Below, piece after piece: positions 44,274 through 54,945 of a stretch of 64,000 nucleotides of DNA. The position numbers and the translations under genes were made by a program. The stretch's first letter is position 1. Each line of letters begins with the position of its first letter. Location: NCBI GenBank assembly GCA_012295275.1, contig CM022671.1, positions 21,700,001 to 21,764,000 of the forward strand. The letters are read 5' to 3'. The stretch comes from Chrysomallon squamiferum (Eukaryota; Animalia; Mollusca). The notes under the pieces were generated by a model. That model was not told where the DNA came from, did no database searches, and saw nothing but the letters and a program-made list of their open reading frames with translations.

Positions 44274-44968
44274 ATGTCGCGGTCCTATCATGTCTTCATC
44301 TTACTTGTGATTGTTTCTTCTCTGTGCTTCTCCCAGATTCACGGTTTCAGTATTAATGGTTAGTATTATTTGCATTCCTTCGCTGAAATACTCATGCAAT
44401 TTATTACATAGTTTTTCAAAAGATCAACCTTCCATTCTGCTATAACGATTTTAAACTTAAGACTCAGTGAGTAATGTATCGTTTACAACATTCTTTAAGT
44501 GTACCAATGATTTTATAATAAATATTAAAACAAAGAACTTCATTTTATTCTGCTGTTTCTTTGAACGACCTATCACCACCATTAAAAAAGAACGACAGTA
44601 AAACAATACAAACTTCTGTATGCCGTCACTACTCTTTTTCAAATGAGGCGTAACTGATGTCTTTCATCGCAACGATGTCGGTAGACTTCAAACGGTAACC
44701 GTAGACATAAACGAATTCATTCAGTGGATATCGTTACTATCGGAATAGAGATTTAAATTTACATTTGCCTCAATGTAGTTAAGGCCACGGTAGTAATTAA
44801 CAGTTTGAGAATAATCATTATATAGCCCAGCTCATCAGTACACCAAAATCAGCTGAGCAGAAATATCGGCATCATAAAGAGATTTGACTGTTATTTGGTG
44901 ATTTACAGTATATTAAGAATTACTATTGTTGCTGTTGTCGTCGTCGTCGTCGTTGATTTTGTTGTTAA

Positions 44969-45044
<76 letters not shown>

Positions 45045-45298
45045 AGATAAACAAGTATATAAAATGACTTTTTTTTGTAGATGCCGTGCATAGAAAAGTG
45101 CACAGTTTCAACAGGATGATTCCCAGCAGAGTCGTCAATGACGGAAGAATTCGTGATAGAGAAATGTGGATCAGCAAGTTTTTAGTTTGGTTCAAGAATA
45201 AAATATCCAGTGATGTGAAATTTGCAGAGGATATCTCATATCCAAACAAACTCATATTCAAACGAATGGCTTTGCAAAACATGAAAAGACAACGATAG
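44274..45298 (+). CDS. Putative small secreted protein / prepropeptide, 100 aa, coding exons 44274-44358 and 45081-45298
   Basis: Exon A encodes MSRSYHVFILLVIVSSLCFSQIHGFSIN (signal-peptide-like hydrophobic core) and ends in phase 1 at G|GTTAGT. Exon B follows TTTTTTGTAG and joins in phase (DAVHRKVHSFNR...FKRMALQNMKRQR*). AATAAA at about 45596. No recognised homologue. Confidence 0.65.
44968..45042. repeat. (AAT)n(TAT)n self-complementary microsatellite
   Basis: An AAT run switches directly to its reverse-complement run at about 45010. Confidence 0.9.
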
Positions 45299-45501
45299 AA
45301 CGCAAAACAGAAATTCCTCAACACTGATCCAGAGTTGAAAAAGAATCTTGTCATGGCTCTGCATGTTCGTTTCCCTTTCAAAGGTTTGAAAATCTTAAAA
45401 CCAGACTTGGAGAAAATTTTACATGCAGTCAATACACCATTTTACTTATTTGATTTGTTTTGGTTTAACTGACCATCAGCATTAATATTCCTGATTTTTA
45501 A

Positions 45502-45532
<31 letters not shown>

Positions 45533-46627
45533 ATTATTGAAAATGTTTTCCTATTCTGCTTCGACGATCTTTGTTTGAAATGTGTCAAGATATCCAATAA
45601 AATATCTTATTTCTTAATTTGTTTATGTTGATGCTAAAAGAATTAAAATGTTGTTTTTTAAAAAACAAAATATAATAAAACGAAAATGACTAATGCTGAC
45701 CATGGGACAGTGAAAAGCCATATATAAATATATAATACATCTATTTGTTTTGACAGATTTTCGTTTCATAAATGCTGTTTGAAAAGGTCAAGGGTCACAT
45801 TCTGATTAGTGATAATTACATATATATATTTAATATCTAACTGCCATAAAAATATGATGATGATAATGATGATAATAATAATAATAATAATAATAATGTT
45901 TCCACAAAATTCCTATCTGAAGATTCTAGGTCGCCATAGAAACATCAGGGCCAACAATAAAGGAAAAATGTTCAGCGTATTAAAATATAAAGCATCTTTT
46001 CAAGACGGAATATTAATTAATGTTCTCTTTTACAAAATATTTCTGTAATGAAAAGAACAAAGATGATCTCCAAATACAAACATAACTATATACGCATACA
46101 CAAATAGTTGAAATACACATACATACAGAAATCTAAATACACTATATAAACATATAAAAATATAGAAATATTATGCAACCATGAAATCAAATACAAGCAA
46201 ATTTTGGACATTCATGAAAATAAAAACATTTAAAAAGTGTCATGCAAAGCTACTATGATTCGCAGTAAATGTCACCGTCAGTATAATTATATATCAGCAA
46301 AAACAATAATAAGTTCTTACCTTAAACAAACGAATTTCTAAGAAATGAAAAACAAAATGACAATGGTAACGCAGTCACCCGTAGTGTGACGTTTTTTCAT
46401 TTTTGATGTAATTTTGCCATTCTGAATACCTGGTTTATTTTCGACTGTCATAAATTATAGTGAAGTAGTAGTAGTAGTAGTAATAATCAATAGCATATTT
46501 ATTGTTTAATCCATTAAAATAATTTGAAAGAATCTGTAGACGAATTTAATACTATTTGAAAACGAGGCTGGCCGAAAATAATCTCCAACTCACGTTTAAT
46601 GTTTCATACATATATATATATGGTGTC

Positions 46628-47068
46628 CTCCCACCTAGCAAAAAATCTAACCAAATCAACATTGGGTTTTGGCTAAGTGGGAGTTGGGTGCTATGGGATT
46701 AACTTTGGTCAGTATGTTGTATTAGTGTTATAGTCTGTATCAATACCTCTGGACATCAGCGTTGTCCCTAAAAGGGATGGCAAGTTTGCATGATTCTCGT
46801 GAGTATCGGATGATAAACTGTACATGACTGTCTCTTCACTCAGTTATTTGCAGTATTCTATTCACTCATATGTACATCACTACCAGAGTACTTCTATTTA
46901 CTGAGCTATATTCATTTAATATATATAAAAAAAAAAAAAAAAAACAGAAAAAAAAACAGACCATAGCCCTTAATACCAGTTTACTATCAAAACATTTGAC
47001 TCAGATATCCCAACATCATTTTGGCTATGTGGGAGACAAATCTTTTATGTTTTAGGCTAAGGTGGGAG
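46628..47068. mobile_element. Possible degenerate MITE / foldback relic
   Basis: CTCCCACCTAGC at about 46628 with inverted copies TTTTGGCTAAGTGGGAG (about 46667-46683), TTTTGGCTATGTGGGAG (about 47019-47035) and TTTAGGCTAAGGTGGGAG (about 47051-47068). No ORF and no clear TSD. Confidence 0.35.
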
Positions 47069-47251
47069 TGAACTATACATGTTATCTTAAATTCAATGGG
47101 ATTTTGTGATTTTATTTACGGATTAGTTAATTATACGACTTTCTCATAATTATGAAAGCGATTCCATATATAGGAACCAGATTAATAATACACGTCACAT
47201 CACTGCTTCCAATAAAACTGGTCATCAGTATAATTAGCAAAAATGACAATG

Positions 47252-48029
47252 CAGTGGTACCTTGACTTACGAGTTTAATTCGTTCAGTGACCGAGCTCGT
47301 AATACAATTTGCTCGTATATCAAATCAATTTCCCAAATGAAATTAAATAAATACCATTAATCCATTCTAGCTCCCCAAAACCACCCCAATTTTTTAACGT
47401 GTTTTTAAATAAGAAAAATGTATGTATAAATGACAAATATTGTATGAAAACAAAATAAAAAAGAATGTAGAGAAATAAATTGGTTTTGTAAAGTGTACAG
47501 GATTAGGGTTTCTCCATCTTTTCATGGACAGAGATCCGCAGCTTAGAAATTATTTTAACGCCTTTGGCTGGAATTATAGACTTTATCGACTCCTTCTGCT
47601 TCAGTATGGTACATATCGTAAAAGTACGACGCTCATACTGACCCATGTTGACTACTCGCACACCTCGCTCATGTTTTTCTATGATTTCATGCTTTAATTC
47701 AGTGGACATCATCCGCATCTTCTTCTCAACACTGTCTTTTGCACTTACTTTCTTAGGATCCATGGAAATTTGCAAAATACTGCACAAAACGCGAGCACGA
47801 CACAACAGAGATGCTTCCACGGCGAGATAACCATACGAAGCAAACGAGTGAGACTCGGGATGCTGGGTGGATGCTGTGTAGTTCGTTGCGCCAATTAACG
47901 GCGGCGTATCTGAAACTCGCTCGTAACTTGGATTTTGGCTTACATCTTAAAGCAAAAAAATCGACCAGACGGCTGCTCGTAACTCGGAAATCTCGTAAGT
48001 TGGAGCACTCGTAACTCGAGGTGCCACTG
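47252..48029 (-). mobile_element. Internally deleted Tigger/pogo (Tc1-mariner superfamily) DNA transposon, 778 bp
   Basis: Left TIR CAGTGGTACCTTGACTTACGAG; right end CTCGTAACTCGAGGTGCCACTG (reverse complement CAGTGGCACCTCGAGTTACGAG). Right flank is TA, left flank TG (decayed TA TSD). Contains a transposase N-terminal fragment. Confidence 0.9.
47503..47763 (-). pseudogene. Truncated Tigger transposase N-terminus (CENP-B N / HTH-psq DNA-binding region)
   Basis: MDPKKVSAKDSVEKKMRMMSTELKHEIIEKHERGVRVVNMGQYERRTFTICTILKQKESIK...VHEKMEK resembles Tigger transposase N-termini; the DDE domain is absent. Confidence 0.85.
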
Positions 48030-48929
48030 TACTTCCACTTTCTGCGACATATAGGCCTATGCTCCCGGCTTTATAATTAACCTTTATATTTTATTTTATT
48101 AAATATAATTTATTTATTTATTTATTTATTTATTTGTTTATAGATTCGAAATGCATCTGCTTCTGAAGAGTATATCTTTGCTCAACGATACCATTTTCTT
48201 TGAACCTGTGTGTAATTTAAACTTTACCTGCTCACGTCATTTCTTAAACTTATATCCGGGTCGAAACACCTTCGGCTGGTAGCGGTAAGGTCTTAAATGC
48301 CTCGAATAGGTTCAGCGCATTACGACTAGATTATAGCAAATAAATTGATTAAAGCTAAAATTTTATGATTTTACTAAGTTATTAAGTATCAATGATTTTT
48401 GTTTCTTCTTCTTTACAAGAATAAGTTTCAGTAAGAAAGGTGAAGGTCACATAAAAAACTTGTTTGATACACAACAAGATCAACCCGTTACAGATAAAAA
48501 GAGAAATTAGAAAACCAGTCCATCCGTATTATATATATATATATAGATCTATCTGTTCCCTGGTTCATTTTATCCATTCATGGTGATACTTTCATTATTA
48601 AAGTTACGAAGATGAAAAAATACAAAGAAGTAAGTAAATAAGTTTTCGATTTTAGTAATCATCAGACGATCAGTGTTTGAAACTTTAAAAAGTTAAATCC
48701 CCTAGATTATAGATACTGCTACTAGTAAATGGCTTCTTTTAAAAAGTATTATCTGTGCATGCAGTACTGCTGTTGAATTGAGAAAATAAAATTGTACAAG
48801 TATTTGATTCATATACCACCAGTTTTATCATAAGTCCAGTTAATAAGGTTATTTATTTTAAAATTATTATTTGTTTCAGCAAAAATTGGAAAAATCATAA
48901 ACTGAGAGAGTATGTAGGTATGTGTATTT

Positions 48930-49238
48930 CTGCCGGAACTGCGTCCGCCATTTTCTGCCAAATCCGTGTGATCGGGATTTCCCCCGATGGCGAGTGGTGT
49001 CTCTGCGTAAATCGCTTCTCGTTACTCAGGGGTTGGGAGTTTCGGTTATCCCTGATGGTATAATTAGCGGGAAATTCCCGTATACTCACTCGTTTTCGAA
49101 TTTTTCAATTCGGTCAATTGGTTCGTTTCGGAGGAGAGTTCGAAAATTTGTTTCGTATTCATTCAGTATGCATGACTTGAATTGTATTTGTGAATGAAAA
49201 TTATCAGATAAATTCTGAAATTCAGTTTTAGTTTTTAT
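48930..49238 (+). promoter_or_regulatory. CpG-rich promoter and non-coding first exon of the NLR-like gene
   Basis: Local GC/CpG island in an AT-rich background. ETS core CCGGAA 48933-48938, YY1 CCGCCATTTT 48945-48954, kB-type GGGATTTCCC 48974-48983 and GGGAAATTCCC 49069-49079, ISRE-like AGTTTCGGTT about 49038, Inr TCAGT about 49163, strong donor AT|GTAAGT after 49238. Confidence 0.6.
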
Positions 49239-50238
49239 GTAAGTCGACAACACTAACTTGAGACAATCCAACAGTGTTATCATCAACACATCAAGAACTT
49301 TCAAGTTCAACATGTGTATGCATGTAATTGATTTTTAGTATTAAAATAATAAATAGCACACAGTGGTTGCACTCACAATTTTATGTTCTGCGTTTCTAAA
49401 TAAATATTAGCTATTTTAAACCAAATATTTTAAAAATAAATATATTTGCCTGTTGCATGAAATCTGTTTGCTGTTAGGGAGAAATCAAATGTTCTGGAAA
49501 AACAGATGCAGCTGATTATGTCATCAACAAAATACAGAAGTTATATTACAAATGCTAATTTTTTGGGTTAATGTATTTTATGTTTGTTTTTTGTTTTTTT
49601 AAAGAAAAAAAAGAAGCAAAATGTTTTAAGAAAACACTAACTGATGGATTATCAGTTCAATAATAACATTCACATAATTTGATATTTACATCAACTTATT
49701 AAAAATATAAATTAGGAAATTTTTAAATTAAAAATTAGATTTTAATGATTTAAAACTTTTAACCCCCCCCAAAAAAACAGTTTTTATATAAAAAAATATT
49801 TTATGATAATGTCATTGTTGTAAATTTTTATATTTTATGAGTGCTGTTTTATGTTTTAAGAAATAACATAACTCAAGTAAAATAAACTTGTTATTTCAAA
49901 ATTTTGCTTACTAAAAATGTTCAAAAATATAAACATTATGTTTATATACATTTTATATCTAAATTCCATGAGAGGTGAATACAGATATAAAACGACTGCA
50001 GTAAAGTACTAGTGCAGTGAAATTAATTGTAATAATTTTTTATTTATTTTTAAAAAAAATTTCTGTAGTTGTTGCAGCTTTTAAAACATCCACAAATTAT
50101 TATCTGTAATACTATACAAAAAGTAGGTAACCAGGATTATTATTCACACAAATATACAACATTAAATGAATTTTCTATCACTATTTAAAACTCCCAGTCA
50201 GTATTATATAAATATTGCATATATCAACATCTGATAAG

Positions 50239-53200
50239 ATGTCGAAAGGTAAATAATTAGGTTTTGATATATCACTGGCTATAATTGTATTATTATTATT
50301 TAAGCATATTCTCGTCGCTGTGTATATGAAGAACACATGTACATATTACTTTGTCTTTTATTATTTAAAACTGATATTTTTATTTCAGGCAGAGTGGGTT
50401 GATGAGGAGTGGGTTAAGATGGAAAGACTGCGTAAATGTTACGATTTCATTCAGAGTCAGATTGAAGCACGAGATCTGATGGCCTACATGTATGAGAAAG
50501 GATCTTTAACTTACGATGACATGGATGAAATTAATAATACTCCACCTCCAACTCGTAAAACCAGAGCCAGTGTACTTCTAGGCAAAATTTCAACTGTTAC
50601 AGCCTATGACATTTTCACTGAAACCCTTCGACAAAAAGGCTATGTCACTGTTGTTGAGAAGCTGGAAACAATAGTAGTCGACAAAGAATGTGGTAGGTGT
50701 TACCCTGTAAATATGTTAGAATAAACATGTAATGAAGTCTGTAGCTAGTTTATTGATTAAATAAACTGAAAATATATTTGAAAAACCTGAAGGAATTCAG
50801 ATTAATCATTTTGAAATTTGTCTTGATTTTTCATGCAGTTTTACTAAAACAGATGGTGGTAAAAGTGCTCTGGTAAATTTTGTGGTTAATTTGTAAACAA
50901 CTTATATAAAGCATGTTATAAACATTTAACTAATTTTTCAAATGATTTTACATTTCAAGCTTCAAAGAAACTAAGTTATTATTATATTTTTCATTAAAAT
51001 ATCTGAGTTTAACATATTTAATATACATTATAGGTGCTGGGGACACTGTCAGACATCCAAAGATAAAAGCTATTTCTAGTAAGTAAAATAACTTTTGTAC
51101 TTTGATTAAAATGAAACATAATCAACTCCAAAATGTTTAATTTAAAGAAGTTTAATACATTTTCATCTGAAAACTACAGTTTTTACTTAATACTGCTTAG
51201 AAATGGCCATTGTAACAGTTGTCTATTATGAGGAATTATAAAATAATAATAATAATTTTATGTACAACAATATGTTTCTAGGGTTTTCTTCGACGTGGAG
51301 ATATCATCACAAAACTGATATTGTAGACGTAAAGTTTCTAAGAAATATTTTTAAAAAAGGCTGTAAAGTTTATATATATATATTTCAGAACTTTTGGAAG
51401 TGAAAATAGAGAGGGCCAAGAAGGTATTTGTAGAAACAAAATCTTTCAGAGTGGTAAAAGCTGCCCTGGAGAGACATGCTTATGTTACAATAACAGGAGG
51501 TCCAGGTTCTGGAAAAACCACCATGGCCTTGATGCTGATGGATGAATACAGGCAAAGAGACCATATTGTAATGTTCATTGAAAATTTAGAAAATCTGGAC
51601 TCGGACAAAATCCTGGACATCAGATATCCAAAACTGCTTGTGATTGATGATGTCATGGGATCTGTGGCTGTCCTCCAGGATAGAATTGTTGTTTTCAATA
51701 AACTTTTTGATTTCCTAGCAGACTTGTTAGAAAACTATAATAGTACACTTGGTGATAGTCCAGAAGAGTTTCAAAATGAAAAAAATATCAAAGTAATTTT
51801 TACTTCAAAAACTTGGCTTTTGAAAGAAAGCAAATACCACATTAAGCAGCATTTATACAAATACTTCACTGAGTCTGTTGTTGATCTGTCAAACTCAAAG
51901 ATGTCTGAACAAGAGTTGAAAGATATTTTGTCCAGGCATTTAACCAGGAGAGACCAGACTCTCTGTCCAAAGGATGTTTCAAAAATCTGTACCAATATTT
52001 TGAAAGAAGGAGAGACAGCTGTTGGGTTTCCTTACATCTGTCAGTTGTTTTCTAGTCAGGATGTCTTCACAAAGATCAAAGATCCAGTGGAGTTTTTCAA
52101 AAATCCTTTGACATTTCTAGAGACTGAGCTTAATAGGCTGTTTGAGACAGACAAGAAGAAAAAAGCTTGTTTCATTTTAATGGTCTTATGTGACGGAAAT
52201 CTTAATCTGACAACTTTAATGAACTTCAGTGCAAGGCAATCCAGCATTTTGAATAAGAAAGTGAAATTAGTTCAAGACAACATCACATTAAGTAATGACT
52301 CCATTCAGCAATTCTGCCATGACATCAAAACTACAGCAGAACTTTTGAAAGACACCTTTTTGAAAATAGAAGATGATAATGTATCATTTTTACATGCCTC
52401 AACTCATGACGCAGCTGCATATTTGCTTGGAAAGGAAAATATTGACTTGATTATCACACACTGTAGCATGAAAGTGATTAACGAAAGAATAAGAACTAAA
52501 GTTGGAAGTATTAAAAGGAAAACAAATGAAGATTCTTCTGATTTTCTGATTACAATATCTGAAGCTAATTATCCACTGCTTGCAGAACGACTGGCTTTAG
52601 AGCTTTGTAACAAATACTTCGCTGCTTCACTCTCACACCAAGCTTTTGGAAATATGAAAGTTAAAAAACAAATCTTTGATATCCTTTCTGAAAAAAAGGA
52701 ATTGGAAATCTTGATTCATTCCTGTGATAAGGAGTATGAAGCTCATTTTTTGTTTTGGGCAGCATTGTTCAACCATCCAAATCTTTTGAATAGAACATTA
52801 TCTCTGGATACATTTACAACAGATGAATTACTATGGGGAATACTGGCAGCATGTGTTAATGGGAAAAGTGATTGTTTTGACATGATCACATCAAAAGATC
52901 CACATGTAAATGAGCAGTTAATAAACAAAACTGTAACAGAGATAAGTAATTTTAGTAACAAAGGTATAAAAGGCAAATCAGAATTTCAAAACTACTTCAA
53001 GCTAACTTCATCATCCTATCTGGAATTTAAAGGAACATGTTCACTTATACATGTAGCCTCAGCTTTTGGACATAAAGTCATTGTTCAGAAGCTGCTTGAG
53101 ATAGGAGACTGTGTGAACAACATGACAGAAAGTGGTGTCACACCTCTCATGCTTGCTTCTCTCCATGGTCATCAGGACCTTGTCGATTTACTGCTTGATC

Positions 53201-54945
53201 AGAGTGCTGATTATAGACTGAAGTCAAAGGGAGGGAACAACAGTTTACACTTTGCTTGTCTTGGCAATCAGGTAGATGTCATTGAAAGACTGTGTCAGCT
53301 TGATATTGATATTAACTGTCCAGGAAGAGCACACTGGACACCACTTTTGTATTCATGTCGCTATGGACATTTGAAGGTTGTGAAATTGCTCTTATCAAAA
53401 TCTGCTGACACAACAAAGACCACTGACAGTGGGATGAATGGCCTGCATCTGGCCTGTTGCAATGGAAATGAGGAAATTGTGGAAATGTTTCTCTCGGAAG
53501 GTCTGGATGTCAATTGTGTGACTAGTAAGTTGAAGACACCTTTAATGTATGCATCTTTTGAAGGGCAGATCCACATTGCTAACATGCTTCTGGAAAAATG
53601 TGCAGATGTTACAAAACAGGATGTCCTTGGAAGATCATGTCTCCATTATGCTTGCTTTAGGTCCAAAAATTATGATTTGATAGAAAAATTGCTGGCCTGT
53701 GATGATATTAATATTGACTGTAAGAGTGATAAAGGGTGGACACCTCTATGCTATGCAAGTCACTTTGGTTATGTGGAAGTTATAAATCTACTTCTTTCTC
53801 ACGGAGCTGACAAAAATGTTGTTGTGGATGATGGTTTAAATTGTCTACATTTGGCTGCACAGGGAGGCAGTGTGAAAGCAGTGGATATTTTTTTAAGATT
53901 AGAATTAAATGTTGAATCAGAGACACATATAAAGGAAACACCATTTTTGTTGTCCTGCATACAAGATCGGATTGAAGTTGTGCAATGTTTAATTGAGAAC
54001 GATGCTAATATATATGCATGTGACAGCTATGGCAGGAATGCCTTGCATCTTGCTTGTAAATCTGGACATTTGAATGTGCCCGAATTTTTGCTTGATGAAG
54101 GAGGCATGAATGTTAATAGCAAAGACAAGATTGGATGGACTCCATTACTGTTTGCCAGTCGTTACGGTAATGTTGATCTAATAGAACTTTTGTTATCAAG
54201 ACAAGCAGATGTTAATCTAGTCACACACTCAGATTTGAGTTGTCTTCATTTGGCTTGTTGTCATGGTGATGCAGACAAAGTTGACTTGTTACTTTCAAAG
54301 GGGCTTGATATAAACAGCAAGACTGACAAAGGTAAAACTCCACTGATGTACTGCTGTGAAGAAGGAATGACATCTCTCATAGATAAACTTGTTGCCTGTG
54401 GTGCTGATCTTTCAGTTGTTGATAATGAGGGAAACAACTGTCTGTATTATGCATTAGTGCAGAAAAACAATGAAGAACTCATTTCAAAACTTATAGAACA
54501 CAAAATGGACATCAACAAGGAAGGAGAAAGTGGCTGGACTCCTCTTTTGTTCCTGAGTCGCTATGGCAGCAAGAAGTCTGTCGAAATCCTGCTAGAAAAT
54601 GGTGCAGATGCAACTGCAGTGTCCACCCATGGATTAAACTGTTTGCATATGGCTGCATGCAACAGCGATATTCATATGACTGAAATTTTCATTGGGCTGG
54701 GTTTTGACATCAACTGTCGGTCTAAAAAGAAAAAAACTCCTTTGATGTATGCATGCGCTGAGGGAAATGTGGAGACTGCCATGGTTTTAATATTTAAAGG
54801 TGGCAGTGTCTTAGCAAGAGATGGCACTGGTAAGACCTGTTATGACTGGTTAGACAAAGACAAATATAGAGACTTTGCTGAAAAACTTGAACACGATTAT
54901 CCAGAACTGACTAACATTGAACTAGTGAGCCAAAAGTCAATTTGA
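50239..54945 (+). CDS. NLR-like STAND protein: CARD/death-fold + nSTAND3-type P-loop NTPase + ankyrin repeats (about 1300 aa)
   Basis: Probable exons: 50239-50248 (ATGTCGAAAG|GT), 50393-50692 (CARD-like LRKCYDFIQSQIEARDLMAYMYEKGSLTYDDMDEI...RASVLLGKI...AYDIFTETLRQKGY), 51034-51078 (45 nt, phase 1-1; other micro-exons near 50839-50872 and 51282-51328 unresolved), 51389-54945. The large exon has FVETKSF...VTITGGPGSGKTT (Walker A), LLVIDDVMG (Walker B), GFPYIC, FLHAS and 18 clear TPLxxA / xLHxA ankyrin repeats. Confidence 0.85.
51389..54945 (+). CDS. Terminal exon of the NLR-like gene: NTPase plus ankyrin-repeat array
   Basis: Uninterrupted 1183-codon ORF in the supplied track, preceded by the acceptor TATTTCAG ending at 51388. 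Confidence 0.92.

Noticed and set aside
45040-45432. 130-aa minus-strand ORF
   Set aside because: Antisense to the plus-strand secreted-protein exon, which has the supporting splice sites and signal peptide.
48145-48270. Hammerhead-ribozyme-like words (CGAAATGCATC, CTGAAGAG, CGAAAC)
   Set aside because: The boxes cannot be arranged with proper stems I-III: only 5 nt lie between the UH and CUGAAGA, and the other GAAA is too distant without a clean stem II.
48895-49313. Three short overlapping ORFs in the CpG-rich region, including MADAVPAEIHIPT on the minus strand
   Set aside because: Better explained by local GC richness of a promoter; no homology or convincing downstream exons.
51389-54945. 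Bacterial contamination or recent horizontal origin of the long intronless NTPase-ANK ORF
   Set aside because: It begins at a spliceosomal acceptor, has upstream spliced exons and host-like codon composition, and is embedded in host-type DNA; deeper ancestry needs a phylogeny.
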